This document shows positions 53,215-63,557 of a DNA stretch of 64,000 nt, in pieces. Location: the NCBI GenBank assembly GCA_965215335.1, contig CBDCDA010000001.1, forward strand, positions 64,001-128,000, in the 5' to 3' direction. The stretch is from an uncultured Candidatus Entotheonella sp. GTDB taxonomy: Bacteria; Tectomicrobia; Entotheonellia; Entotheonellales; Entotheonellaceae. A program made the position numbers and the translations under genes. The stretch's first letter is position 1; the number at the start of each line of letters is the position of its first letter. The notes beneath the pieces were generated by a model that worked only from the letters and a program-made list of their open reading frames with translations, had not been told where the DNA came from and did no database searches.

Positions 53215-53225
53215 TGGAAACGTCT

Positions 53226-53954
53226 TCAGGACCCGGTTCCCTGTCTTGCCTCGGCTATTCGCACCAGGATGATGCTCACCTCGTACAGTGCGAGGAGCGG
53301 CAACAGCAGAGCGCTCATGGTGAAGGCGTCCGGGGTAGGGGTCAGAATAGCCGTGAGCACAGCACTGGCCAGCATTGCGTAGCGTCGGTTTCGGGTCAGG
53401 AATTCAGGCGAAAGCAGGCCCATCGTGTGCGAGATGACCACCACCAACGGCAGTTCAAAAATGCATCCGCAAGTAGCCGACAAGCCTAGCGTCAGCCAGA
53501 GATACCTGCTCACCGCGATGCCGGTGTCCAGATTCTCCCCGCCAAAGCCGAGCAGGAAGCGTAGTGTGACGGGCAGGACAACGAAGTAACAAAAGCTCGC
53601 TCCCACCAGGAAAAGCCCCCCGGCAGCCACCGTGCTGCGTCGTGTCATCGTGGCCGACAGGCCCATGGCGCGCAACATGCGACCCAGGGTGTACAGGAAA
53701 TACGGCGCCGACAGGCAGAAACCTGCCGCCAGAGCGACGGTGATGTGGCCCAGGAACCCCTCCATAGGGGCGTACATGACCAACTTCATGCCCAGCGGTC
53801 GGGCCAGCATACCGAGCAGGTACGAGGCGAAGGGGTAGGCCAGCAAGCTCGTGCCCAGGAACACCATGACAAGCCGGAACAGGGTCGAACGCACCTGTTG
53901 CAGGCGCGCCAACAATCCCGTCTCCAAGATGCGGGGTTCCGCAGGCGTTATCAT
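53226..53954 (-). CDS. tatC: Twin-arginine translocase subunit
   Basis: F.YFVVLP, FELP, RRYA, LTPTPD, LYE. Confidence 0.9.
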   Translation of the reverse strand: MITPAEPRILETGLLARLQQVRSTLFRLVMVFLGTSLLAYPFASYLLGMLARPLGMKLVMYAPMEGFLGHITVALAAGFCLSAPYFLYTLGRMLRAMGLSATMTRRSTVAAGGLFLVGASFCYFVVLPVTLRFLLGFGGENLDTGIAVSRYLWLTLGLSATCGCIFELPLVVVISHTMGLLSPEFLTRNRRYAMLASAVLTAILTPTPDAFTMSALLLPLLALYEVSIILVRIAEARQGTGS

Positions 53955-54058
53955 CAGGATCGCCTTTCACCGTGATTGAACAGGGGCCGCCGTCAAATTT
54001 GGGGAGGGAGGAGAGGGGACGTCCTGCCGGCGTTCACAACCAGTGAAATGCGCAGGCT

Positions 54059-54499
54059 CTATTCCGCTGAAGGCGCGGCGCTTTCACCGTGATATGTCTC
54101 GAGTGTGTGCACGCTGTACTTGAAGCCTTCCCGGTAACAGCGCACGATCGCATCTTCGTTATGGTCGCCTTGGAAACGGTGGCAGTGGCGATATTGTCTG
54201 TGGAACTCCCGATCTCCGGTCAGCTCGGCAGCCAGCAGCGAGGCTTTGTCAAAACACGCGGCCATCGTTTCGGCTTCACCGGAAGCCGAACAACCTTCGA
54301 ACATGATCCAGCCAATGGACAGCCCGAGGACCAGCCTGCCGCTGTTGAGACAGCGGCTCTCCCGCTGCACGTTCTGGCAGATGGATTCCAGGAAACGCAC
54401 CTTGTCGGCTTCGGCAAGGGATTCCGCGGCGAGGGGAGAGGAGAGACAAAAGACCGCGAGGAGGGAAACGGCGAGCAGCCGGATTGACGTACGACGCAT
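54059..54499 (-). CDS. Secreted Cys-rich hypothetical protein
   Basis: Signal peptide, six mature Cys. Confidence 0.6.
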   Translation of the reverse strand: MRRTSIRLLAVSLLAVFCLSSPLAAESLAEADKVRFLESICQNVQRESRCLNSGRLVLGLSIGWIMFEGCSASGEAETMAACFDKASLLAAELTGDREFHRQYRHCHRFQGDHNEDAIVRCYREGFKYSVHTLETYHGESAAPSAE

Positions 54500-54607
54500 G
54501 CGATGACCTTGTCAGCTTCCTGCGAAGAACAAAGCACTGCAAACGAATCCGGCGGCTGCTCCGCAGGAGCGGCCGCCGGACATCACGGTACGACCTTCAA
54601 CGCTGGC

Positions 54608-56836
54608 TTACGCCAGGCTGAAGCCGTGATTCTTCAGAGGCACGGAGCGGACACGCTTGCCCGTCGCAGCATACAGCGCGTTGATGAGCGCCGGCGTGAC
54701 CGTGTGGAACACCGGCTCCCCGATACCGGTCGGGGAATTGGTGTTCTTGACCGTGTGCACCTCGTACTCCGGCATCTGCGAAATGCGCAGCAAGCGATAG
54801 TTGTCGAAATTGCTCTCGACCAGCTTGGCATTCCTGACCGTGTGCTCGCTGTACATCGCCATGGTGAGACCCCAGACCAAGCCGCTCTGGCACTGCGCGT
54901 CGACCTGATCCGGGTTCACGACGATACCGCAATCAAGAGCACGGACAACCTTGTGGACCTTGATGCGACGCCCGCCGCGCACCGAAATCTCGATCACGTC
55001 CGCGAACGGCGTGTCGAAACTGTTGTGGAAGGCGATACCCTGGTAGTGGCCCTTCGGTAGCTCCTTACCCCATCCCGCCTTCTCGGCGGCCAGATCCAGG
55101 ACAGCCTGCATGCGCGGCTCCTTGTGGAGCAGCTCGTGCCGCAGCTGATAGGGATCCTTGCCAACCGCTTCGGCGACCTCATCGAGGAAGCACTCGATGA
55201 AGTAGCAGTTCATGGTGTTACCAACGCCACGCAGGAAGACGATGGGTACCGGGAAATCCTTCTGCACCCAGGAGACTTCCAGGTTGGCAAAGTCGTAGCC
55301 AATGTCCTTGCCGCCCTGGACGGCGTGGAAATCGACGCCGCTCTCGCGTTGGCCTTTCAGGAAGTCGGAATCGGCAAACAGGTCTTTCAGCCTGGAAGAA
55401 CGGTAAGGCGACAGCCAGATACCGGGGCCGACGTTGCGGTGCCGCCAGGCAACCGGCTTGCCGTCCGCATCGATACCGGCGGTCATCTTGGCCAGGTAGG
55501 CCGGGCGGTGGAAGTTATTCTGCATGTCTTCCTCGCGCGACCAGATGAGCTTGACCGGCTTCTTCAGCTTCATGGACGCCTCGACGGCCTGCTCGAGATA
55601 GTCCACTTCGACACGACGCCCGAAGCCGCCGCCCAGGAAGGTGACGTGAATCTTGATCTTGTCCTGCGGCAGTCCGGTGAGCTTTTCGGCCATGATATAG
55701 CCGCCGCCCGGGTCCTGCGTCGAAGCCCAGATTTCCAGGGAATCGCCACGATAGTCGGCCAGGCAGTTCATCGGCTCCATCGGCGAGTGGCTGAGATACG
55801 GCACTTCGTAGTGCGCTTCCACGACCTTGTCAGCCGTCGCGATGGCACCGTCGAAGTCGCCATCGACGCGACCCAAGGCACCCTTTTCCTCGGCACCCTC
55901 GACGAAAGCCTGATGAATCTGGTCGCTGTCGAGACCGGCCCAGCCATTGCCGTCGAAGGTCGGGTTGGCCGCCTTCAGGCCCTGCTCGGCCTGCCAGTAG
56001 GTGTCGGCCGTCACGATCAGGCAAGGCACGTTGTTCTCGGGATAAACGGCCTGCCCGACTTCGAGCACGTCGTGCACGCCGGGAACGGCCTTCGCCGCCG
56101 CCTCGTCATAGCTGGCGATCTTGGCGCCGAACGGGGCGTGACGGATCGCCGCCACGACCATGCCGGGGATCGCCACGTCCATGCCGTAAATCGCCTCGCC
56201 CGTCACCTTCAGCTTGCTGTCCAGGCGCTGGGTGGCAGTACCGATCAGACGGAACTGATCCGGCGTCTTCAGGGTCGGCTCTTCGGGCGGCGTCTCCTGG
56301 GCAGCGGCCGCTGCGAGTTCGCCGAACGTGGCCGACTTTTCCACGCCAGCGTCTTCTACGCCGGGTCCCTTGTAGGTCACCACGCTATTGCGGGCGACGC
56401 ACTTGGCAGGATCAACGCCCCACTGCTTGGCCGCAGCTTGGATCAGCATGTGACGGGTCTGCGCCCCGGCCTTGCGCATCACGTCCCAGAAACCAGGGGT
56501 GGCGGTGCTGCCACCGGTGATCTGAAGACCGGCCAGGGGGTTGATGTATTCAGGACGGCCAGAACCGAACTCGAAGTTCACCGGCCAGGCGCACTCCATT
56601 TCCTCGGCAAACATCATCAGGTTACCGTTGGTGGGGCCCTGACCCATTTCGCTCTGGCTGGCGCGCAGGGTAACCGTGTTGTCCGGGGCGACATGCACCC
56701 AGGCATTCAGTTCAGGCACGACACTTGCGGCCGCGGCGTAGCGCGAGGGCAGATGAAAGCCCACGACGAGGGCGCCGCCAACCGTCGCGACGGACTGAAT
56801 GAAGGTTCTGCGTTTCATTTCCATGGCTTGACTCAT
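54608..56836 (-). CDS. iorB: Molybdopterin oxidoreductase large subunit (IorB-like, Tat)
   Basis: KRRTF Tat motif, SEMGQG, TGGS, LGGGFGRR, GIGEP. Confidence 0.88.
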   Translation of the reverse strand: MSQAMEMKRRTFIQSVATVGGALVVGFHLPSRYAAAASVVPELNAWVHVAPDNTVTLRASQSEMGQGPTNGNLMMFAEEMECAWPVNFEFGSGRPEYINPLAGLQITGGSTATPGFWDVMRKAGAQTRHMLIQAAAKQWGVDPAKCVARNSVVTYKGPGVEDAGVEKSATFGELAAAAAQETPPEEPTLKTPDQFRLIGTATQRLDSKLKVTGEAIYGMDVAIPGMVVAAIRHAPFGAKIASYDEAAAKAVPGVHDVLEVGQAVYPENNVPCLIVTADTYWQAEQGLKAANPTFDGNGWAGLDSDQIHQAFVEGAEEKGALGRVDGDFDGAIATADKVVEAHYEVPYLSHSPMEPMNCLADYRGDSLEIWASTQDPGGGYIMAEKLTGLPQDKIKIHVTFLGGGFGRRVEVDYLEQAVEASMKLKKPVKLIWSREEDMQNNFHRPAYLAKMTAGIDADGKPVAWRHRNVGPGIWLSPYRSSRLKDLFADSDFLKGQRESGVDFHAVQGGKDIGYDFANLEVSWVQKDFPVPIVFLRGVGNTMNCYFIECFLDEVAEAVGKDPYQLRHELLHKEPRMQAVLDLAAEKAGWGKELPKGHYQGIAFHNSFDTPFADVIEISVRGGRRIKVHKVVRALDCGIVVNPDQVDAQCQSGLVWGLTMAMYSEHTVRNAKLVESNFDNYRLLRISQMPEYEVHTVKNTNSPTGIGEPVFHTVTPALINALYAATGKRVRSVPLKNHGFSLA

Positions 56837-56854
56837 CTCGCAGTACTCCTTTTC

Positions 56855-57307
56855 TTAAGCCTTGGCGGCCCGGTGGATGGCGGAGCGGATGCGCGTGTAC
56901 GCGCCGCACCGGCACAATTGATCCTTCATCGCCAAGTCGATATCGCGATCCGTCGGCTCCGGGTTGGTCGCCAACAAGGAGGCCGCTGCCATGATCTGTC
57001 CAGGAATACACCAGCCGCACTGCGACGTGTTGTCGTCGATGAAGGCCTGCTGCACCGGATGGAGCCCGTTGGCACCGAGACCCTCGATCGTGACGATGTC
57101 CGCGTTCAGAGACTTGCCGACGGCCCTGTCGCAGGACTTCACCGGCTCGCCGTTCATGTGGATCGTGCAGGCACCGCACTCTCCAATACCACAGCCGTAT
57201 TTGCTTCCCGTCAACCCCATGTGCTCTCTGAGTATCCACAAGAGAGGGGTATCGGGATCCACATCCATCGTGCTGGTCTTCCCGTTTACCGTAAGCGTTA
57301 TGTTCAT
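56855..57307 (-). CDS. iorA: 2x[2Fe-2S] small subunit
   Basis: [19 protein letters not shown]. Confidence 0.9.
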   Translation of the reverse strand: MNITLTVNGKTSTMDVDPDTPLLWILREHMGLTGSKYGCGIGECGACTIHMNGEPVKSCDRAVGKSLNADIVTIEGLGANGLHPVQQAFIDDNTSQCGWCIPGQIMAAASLLATNPEPTDRDIDLAMKDQLCRCGAYTRIRSAIHRAAKA

Positions 57308-57581
57308 AAACCTGACCTCTCCCTTTCTTGGCGCGCCAAGCGCGTTCGGCGAACCCCGCGCCGCCCTTGTCCCACTTCGGGTGAAACCCGGTCGGCGTCG
57401 AGCGCCACTCCCAACGACGTCACCTTGCAGGAACTGCGGAGTTCCCCTGTTACCTGACCTTACGGCTCAGTTTTTCAGTGACACCTCCGTATCGTGCCTA
57501 CCCTCAGCACGTTTGTCAAGGGGTTAACGCCACCCTCGCCCAGCACGAGGATTTCTCAACAGGCAAGGTCCCGATGCATGT

Positions 57582-59033
57582 TCAGAACATCTCGTTGTAG
57601 TGGACGCGCGCCCACTCGAGCATCGCCTCTCCCATCGCCTCACTACGCTCCATTTTCCGGTCGCGCCACGCGAACGCCGCACCCGTATGCGTCCAGAATG
57701 CAACCACCCGTTCCATGGCCATGGGTGTAATGCCGGCTTGCGGGGGAAGATATTTGAAGCCCAGGTAAATCGCTTCCATGGGGTCGGAGTTCACCATCGA
57801 GAAGCAACTGGTGTAGGGCGTCTCCCACTTGAGCTCCTGCCCTTTCATCCTTCCGGCAATGACTCTGGCGACGAATTTCGCCTCTTCCTGGGCCGTGCTA
57901 CCGCTCTTGGAGAAACCGGTCGGGCGCGAATCTCCGATGACGTACACGCGCTCATCACCCACCACGTTGCTGTGGAACTGGTCGATCCAAGCCTCTTTCT
58001 GCGGACTGTATTTGTTCACCAGGCCCAAGGTCTCGATCAGCCTGGCGCCTCGGATACGGGGATAGATGGCTGCGTCGTCGAAGGTGTAGTCGTCGAACTC
58101 GCCCATGATGGTCTTCTTCTCGACGTCCACACCGACGATGCTCACGGAAGGATAGTATTCCAGGTAGTCCCTATAAAGCTCATGGAAGGCTGCCTCAAAA
58201 CCTTCCCGTTTGATCTTGATCGTCGGGTTATGGTCCAGAAGGAGTACTTTCCCCTTGATCTTGTTTCTCTTGAAGACCGAAGCAATCATGCAGGCGCGCT
58301 CATATGGAGCGGGCAGGCAGCGATAATTGCCACTGGGCACCGTCAGCGCAAACAGACCGCCTTCAAAGTCGTCGATCTTGGCCTTCAGGGTCAAGTGCTC
58401 GGAACCGGGCTTGAAGGCCGCCGGGTAATGCGACATCAAGGCCTGCTGCTGCTCGAGGTCGTGGACCCCGATGGCATCGTAGTCGTAATCAATGCCGGGA
58501 GCCAGGACGAGATAGTCGTAATCAACATACCCCTGGTCCGTGTAGACGCGGCGTTTCTCGCGGTCCGCATCCATAACGGTCGCATTGAAGAAGGTGTAGT
58601 TGTTGTTCGTTGCCGCATCGAGGAAGCTGTGGGTAATAAATCCTTGATCGACCAGCCCTGCCAGCCACAAATTGCTGATCGGGCAAGAAATGAAGACGGA
58701 ATGGGTCTCGACAAGCACCACGTCCATTTCCGGGCTTTGCAGTTTGAGATGCTTGGCCATGGTGAGGCCGCCCCAACCGCCACCCACAACCACCGCTCGC
58801 GGTCCTTTCGGTGCAGGCAACGCTGCTTTTTTCTGGATGACGAACGTGGCCGGGTGCGGGGGCGGTCCTTTCTGCGCCCCGTGGTACGTCGGGTCCTGGG
58901 ACGGGGTGCCACGGTAGGATTCCGCTCCCTGGCTGATTTGCTCCGACCCACCAAGCATGCCGGCTGCTGCGACACCCGCAACCACGCCTTGCGACCGCCG
59001 CAAGAAATCGCGCCGTGAGATGTTCTCTCTCAT
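57582..59033 (-). CDS. Flavocytochrome c sulfide dehydrogenase flavoprotein (FccB/SoxF-like, Tat)
   Basis: SRRDFL, VVGGGWGG, SCPISN, YRCLPAPYER, TSCFS. Confidence 0.85.
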   Translation of the reverse strand: MRENISRRDFLRRSQGVVAGVAAAGMLGGSEQISQGAESYRGTPSQDPTYHGAQKGPPPHPATFVIQKKAALPAPKGPRAVVVGGGWGGLTMAKHLKLQSPEMDVVLVETHSVFISCPISNLWLAGLVDQGFITHSFLDAATNNNYTFFNATVMDADREKRRVYTDQGYVDYDYLVLAPGIDYDYDAIGVHDLEQQQALMSHYPAAFKPGSEHLTLKAKIDDFEGGLFALTVPSGNYRCLPAPYERACMIASVFKRNKIKGKVLLLDHNPTIKIKREGFEAAFHELYRDYLEYYPSVSIVGVDVEKKTIMGEFDDYTFDDAAIYPRIRGARLIETLGLVNKYSPQKEAWIDQFHSNVVGDERVYVIGDSRPTGFSKSGSTAQEEAKFVARVIAGRMKGQELKWETPYTSCFSMVNSDPMEAIYLGFKYLPPQAGITPMAMERVVAFWTHTGAAFAWRDRKMERSEAMGEAMLEWARVHYNEMF

Positions 59034-59075
59034 ACCCGCTTTCCTCTGTGAATTCCTCGCTGAAAGTGCAACCGC

Positions 59076-59789
59076 TCAACAAAAGAATTGACGTTTCGCA
59101 TAGTCCGACAGGCGCACCACAACAGCCTCGCCGGAGCTTTCCTGGCGAGCCAGGGCAGGACCAAATTCCTGCCTCAATTCCTTCCGATAGGCTTTGAAAT
59201 AAGCCTTGTAGACTTCCCCACCCCGGGTACCGACAGCATGGAGACCATCCGTCTCTTCGTCGTAGTCGAGTTCTATCGTCGTCAGAGGCTGGGGAGCCGG
59301 CCCACCCACTACTTTTCCGCCTTGTGCCGGGTCAAAAATGCTGCCGTGCAGGCAACACGTGATCCGGCCCGAGGCCTCGCCGGATTCAGCCCCTCCGGGG
59401 TCGTAATTGATAAAGCTCTTTCTCGGGGAAGGGCGTGTCACCTGATGCGTACAAATTGCCGCATAGGCAACAATGGAAGGGTCGAGGCCAACGCCCCCTG
59501 GGTCACCATGGGCCGATGCCAGACGCAAGCGGCCGTGCCGTGCGCCAAGGTTCAACAGGAAACACGGCGTGCTCACGTACGGATAAAAGAACAGGTAATT
59601 CTCGTCCTCCGCCAAGGCAGCCGTTTTCATTCCATTGCCCTGGGAATCAACCAGTTTGACACGTTGATAACGCTTCAGCGTTGCCGCCTGGCTGCCGCGA
59701 CCCGTAAAAGGGGTCATCCCCAAAGCAAGGATGCCTGCGGTCAGTCGAACGAAACGTCGTCTCTGCATGCCACTCTCTACGAAATGCAA
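59076..59789 (-). CDS. Tat-exported Rieske protein (AioB-like)
   Basis: RRRFV, YPYVSTPCFL, CTHQ, CCLHGS.FD, GGPAPQPL. Confidence 0.85.
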   Translation of the reverse strand: MHFVESGMQRRRFVRLTAGILALGMTPFTGRGSQAATLKRYQRVKLVDSQGNGMKTAALAEDENYLFFYPYVSTPCFLLNLGARHGRLRLASAHGDPGGVGLDPSIVAYAAICTHQVTRPSPRKSFINYDPGGAESGEASGRITCCLHGSIFDPAQGGKVVGGPAPQPLTTIELDYDEETDGLHAVGTRGGEVYKAYFKAYRKELRQEFGPALARQESSGEAVVVRLSDYAKRQFFC

Positions 59790-59837
59790 CTGCCAGCAGG
59801 CGCCAGTGAACCGAAAGCCGCCGCCACCCGATGGATC

Positions 59838-60167
59838 CTAAACGCGAATATCCACCGTTTCGGTATATTCCTCGCCGCGCGTGTCCTTCCAAACCACCCG
59901 CAATGGGGCCGAATGTGTGGCCTTCAGAGCAAACGTGAAATAGGGATTCTGGCTCAGACCGGCAGACGCATCCACGGAGACAAGGCGCTGCTCGCCATAA
60001 TAAACTTCGATCAGACGTATGAAATGCCGGGCAACGTATCCTTTATCCTCATACTTGTGCCGGCCATTATGGTTCGGATGAATGATACGAGTCTTGACCT
60101 CAATCACGTCATCCTTGCCGTATGCATGACGGGGCAAGCGAACCGCGCGTCTACCTATCTTCAACAT
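59838..60167 (-). CDS. soxZ: SoxZ-like protein
   Basis: VKTRIIHP..NG, AHFI-like, SQNPYFTF, WKDTRG. Confidence 0.8.
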   Translation of the reverse strand: MLKIGRRAVRLPRHAYGKDDVIEVKTRIIHPNHNGRHKYEDKGYVARHFIRLIEVYYGEQRLVSVDASAGLSQNPYFTFALKATHSAPLRVVWKDTRGEEYTETVDIRV

Positions 60168-60208
60168 AAGCGCTCAGGGACCTTTCCATGTTCGGGTCGC
60201 CGATGCGG

Positions 60209-60679
60209 TCATCCACACCCGCCGACAAGTACTTCGACCTCGACTTCTTGTACGAACAGGTCGCCGTTATTCATTTCCGCAAGGGCCCGGACCCGGGAAT
60301 TGTCAGCCAACCGAATGTTCAATTTCCACCGCACCTGCCCGACGCCGGGGTGCAGGCTGGCCGAGAAAACCAGCGGCTCGGGATTCTGGTCAGCGATCAG
60401 ATACAGCTTTTGGACATGGTCCTGGTCTGTCATCGGACTTTCCACGTCCAGTTGCAGCGGCACCGTGCCCCCGTCCTCGGCATGCAGAGGCATGGTCAAC
60501 GTTACCCGTTCATGCCTGGGCGTTCTACCGGCCAGGATGGGGGTCAACCGTTCTTCGAGGGTATGGACCGGGGGAAGTTCAGAGGCGATCTCGAACTGCT
60601 GCTCTCCCTGCACACGTCGTCGAAAGAGCAGCAAGGTGGAAAGGGCGGTCAGTCTGCCTAATAAACTCCGTCGCGTCAT
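60209..60679 (-). CDS. soxY: SoxY-like sulfur carrier
   Basis: TRR Tat motif, P.HAEDG.TVP, NPEP, C-terminal VGGCG. Confidence 0.88.
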   Translation of the reverse strand: MTRRSLLGRLTALSTLLLFRRRVQGEQQFEIASELPPVHTLEERLTPILAGRTPRHERVTLTMPLHAEDGGTVPLQLDVESPMTDQDHVQKLYLIADQNPEPLVFSASLHPGVGQVRWKLNIRLADNSRVRALAEMNNGDLFVQEVEVEVLVGGCG

Positions 60680-60763
60680 AGCCTCACGCCAAATCATCAG
60701 AACGCCATCCTAATCGATCCGCATTCCGGGTCCGCATCCAGGGTCCGCGCGGACGCTCTCGCG

Positions 60764-61516
60764 TCACTCACGAGCCGTTGTCGGGCCGGCGAACGGTTGC
60801 AAGTTTTCCCGCACCTCGGGAGCCGGCACCGGAGTTTCAAGCGCAATTTGCGGACGATGAGCGTCATGACATTCCGTGCAGGTGCGCAGAACGCGGCTCC
60901 CCTGCCACATCCCGATTCGCAGGCCATGCACCCCGTACTCCCAGTCCTTGTGAGCCTTGAAATGGCATTCACCGCAGTGCAGGTATCCGTGGTCCATGTC
61001 AATACGCCTGCCATCCTTGGACGCCAGAAAGTCCATCCCTTTGCCGTCGTGACAGGCGGTGCACCAGAAACGATCATTGCCGTGATCGACAACCAGATCA
61101 GCGTGCTTCTTCTTCAGTTCCCGAGGCGTGTAGTCGATTTCCATTTTCTTGTGGCAGTCAGAACAGGGGAACATCGGGATATCTTCCCACTTGCGCATGG
61201 GAACCTGGAATTCAGGCGCCCCGTACATGCCGATGCCGAACCCTCGCTCCCCGACGATCGCCCAACCGCCTTTGTCGGCATCATAAGCTGTCTCTACCAA
61301 TTCTTCCTCTACACCGGTTGTATCCACGCTGTCCCAGACCTGAGCAGCCAAAGAGGTCGCTGCGGGCGAGTCGCCCGCAGCGACCGTCGGCGGCTCGCCG
61401 TCCTCGGCAAGTGCCGACAGCACCAGCGGCCCCAGATACCCAACCATGAGGCAAACGACACCGCCAAGAACGAATAACGCAGTCAGATACAACCGAGACA
61501 GGTGGCGGACATCCAT
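60764..61516 (-). CDS. Tetraheme cytochrome c, N-terminally anchored
   Basis: CSDCH, CTACH, CGECH, CTECH. Confidence 0.88.
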   Translation of the reverse strand: MDVRHLSRLYLTALFVLGGVVCLMVGYLGPLVLSALAEDGEPPTVAAGDSPAATSLAAQVWDSVDTTGVEEELVETAYDADKGGWAIVGERGFGIGMYGAPEFQVPMRKWEDIPMFPCSDCHKKMEIDYTPRELKKKHADLVVDHGNDRFWCTACHDGKGMDFLASKDGRRIDMDHGYLHCGECHFKAHKDWEYGVHGLRIGMWQGSRVLRTCTECHDAHRPQIALETPVPAPEVRENLQPFAGPTTARE

Positions 61517-61806
61517 GCAGCACTTCAGGTCGTGGGATTGTCATCGGTCCCTGGACAACTATCGGTCAAGGCAGCCGCCAGAGGTTTATCTACAGGGGGT
61601 CCGTAAGGCCCCGGCACTGTAATGGAACCCCCTTGCAAGCGCAAGGGAAAAACGCCAGAAGCCATCGCTGGTCAAAAACGTTCGACCCTGGTGCAGGTGC
61701 TTGCGAAAGCACCGGGCTGAACATAGCATTACACTTCTTCTGTCATCTGCTGTGGCTCGAAGTACCCAGCAACTGAAACCATCCCCATTACTCATAAGGT
61801 AACGCG

Positions 61807-62280
61807 ATGCGGCGAGTGCTTGATGGGTCCGTTTCTGTCGTCTCGGGCCTGATGATCAGTGCCCTTCTGGTGGCCTCGATGCCGTCGAAGATCGACCTCA
61901 TCGGGGAAGCGGAAGAGGTCTGGGCAATGGATTCCGCACCGCACACGGCACGGACCGATGCAGCGTCATCGGCTTCGGATCTGCGCATCGCCGGCAGTCT
62001 GGAGGGCGACCCCGAAGCCATCGCGCTCGGCAAGCGCACCTTCCACACCTACTGCTGGGGCTGCCACGGTCGAAACGGCACGGGCGAACGGTGCCCGGAT
62101 TTTACCGACAACAAGCAGATTCACGGTGACGGGTATGAGGACCTGGTCAGGGTGGTGACCAACGGCGTCAAGGGAACCCCCATGGGGCCGTGGGGTTACG
62201 CCCTGGGCAGGCAGAGGCTCTTGCAGGTGGTCGCCTATGTGTACAGCCTCAAAGGGACTCGAGAGGCGCGCCGGAAATGA
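61807..62280 (+). CDS. Monoheme cytochrome c
   Basis: CWGCH...P.F.D...GTPM.PW. Confidence 0.82.
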   Translation: MRRVLDGSVSVVSGLMISALLVASMPSKIDLIGEAEEVWAMDSAPHTARTDAASSASDLRIAGSLEGDPEAIALGKRTFHTYCWGCHGRNGTGERCPDFTDNKQIHGDGYEDLVRVVTNGVKGTPMGPWGYALGRQRLLQVVAYVYSLKGTREARRK

Positions 62281-62292
62281 GGACCCGGCGCC

Positions 62293-63504
62293 TCAGGTTG
62301 AATACCGCACCCGGCCAAGCACAATGGGCAGCGCGATCTTGACAACGACCGTGAACACCAGCAAGCCGATGGACAAGACGCCCACGGATACCCATATCTC
62401 GGCATCGGCCGGCATGTATTCGAATATCTCGCCCATGGAGGTGGGAATGAATCCGGGGATGACCAAGCCCATGGTCTTCTCGATCCAGATTTCCGCAATG
62501 GCCAGCAGGCATGCGACGTTCAGGAGCAGCCGCCGCTGACGCAACGCCCGCACCAGGACGAGACAGGCGGCAACCACGCCCAGGCCGTGGGCGATCCAGA
62601 TCCACGGCACGAGCCGGCCGAACCCCTTCAGCCCGAAGTAGAGATAATGCGCCGAGATGGCGTGCTCGCCCTGCGTGTAGAAATGGGTAAACATTTCCAC
62701 GCCGACGAGAAAGAGATTGAACAGCAACGCCGCCTGCATGATGGTTGCCAGCAAGTCGATCGCCGGTGCCGCCGCTCGCTGCCTGTCGAACCAGCCCACC
62801 ACCTGGAGCACCAGGATGAGGACGGCCGGCCCCGAAACAAATGCTGCCGCCAGGAAGCGGGGCGCCAGGACTGCCGTATTCCAGAACGGGCGCGCCTCGT
62901 ACCCGGACAGCAGGAATGCCTCGACCGTTACCATCGCCATGACGAACACCATAGCCACAATACCCACCCACCGCCGCAGTATCGGGGCACTCTGACCCCG
63001 CCCGCGGTAATTCCTGAACAGCAAGGTGCCGGTCAGCCACAGGGTAAAGAGGAGATAGACATTCAGCACCAAGGCGTCCCAGGACAACAGGGAGTAGGGG
63101 AAATTGTACCTGCCGATGAACGGGATCATGTGCCAGAGGCGGTCCGGCCTGCCGAGGTCGACGAGGATATACAGCGAACTCATGATCACCGCCGACAACG
63201 CCACGGCAACGCCCAGCAACGCCGCCTGACCGACGTCCGCGCGCTGGTAGAGGATGGCGGCGATGACCAGCACGATCGACGCCGCGGCAACCCCGCCCAT
63301 GAAAATGAAATTGGCGATGTAGAGTCCCCAATTGACCTGGTCGCTCAGGTGGGTGACAACCATGCCTTCCGCAAGCTGGCCGCCGTAGTACCTCGCGCCC
63401 ATCCCGACGCCCGCCAGCAGCACGACCAGCCACAGCCAGTAATACCACTTGCCGCGAAGCACCAGCTTGACACCGTCGGAGCAGAAACTCCCGAATGCCC
63501 GCAT
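62293..63504 (-). CDS. NrfD/PsrC/DsrP-like membrane subunit
   Basis: WGLYIANFIF, DLGRPDR, S.L.WD, RPFWNT, WIEK. Confidence 0.9.
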   Translation of the reverse strand: MRAFGSFCSDGVKLVLRGKWYYWLWLVVLLAGVGMGARYYGGQLAEGMVVTHLSDQVNWGLYIANFIFMGGVAAASIVLVIAAILYQRADVGQAALLGVAVALSAVIMSSLYILVDLGRPDRLWHMIPFIGRYNFPYSLLSWDALVLNVYLLFTLWLTGTLLFRNYRGRGQSAPILRRWVGIVAMVFVMAMVTVEAFLLSGYEARPFWNTAVLAPRFLAAAFVSGPAVLILVLQVVGWFDRQRAAAPAIDLLATIMQAALLFNLFLVGVEMFTHFYTQGEHAISAHYLYFGLKGFGRLVPWIWIAHGLGVVAACLVLVRALRQRRLLLNVACLLAIAEIWIEKTMGLVIPGFIPTSMGEIFEYMPADAEIWVSVGVLSIGLLVFTVVVKIALPIVLGRVRYST

Positions 63505-63557
63505 ACCTGATGACTCTTTATCGTTCCCGGGTTGTCGTCACGACCGGATGGAATGGC

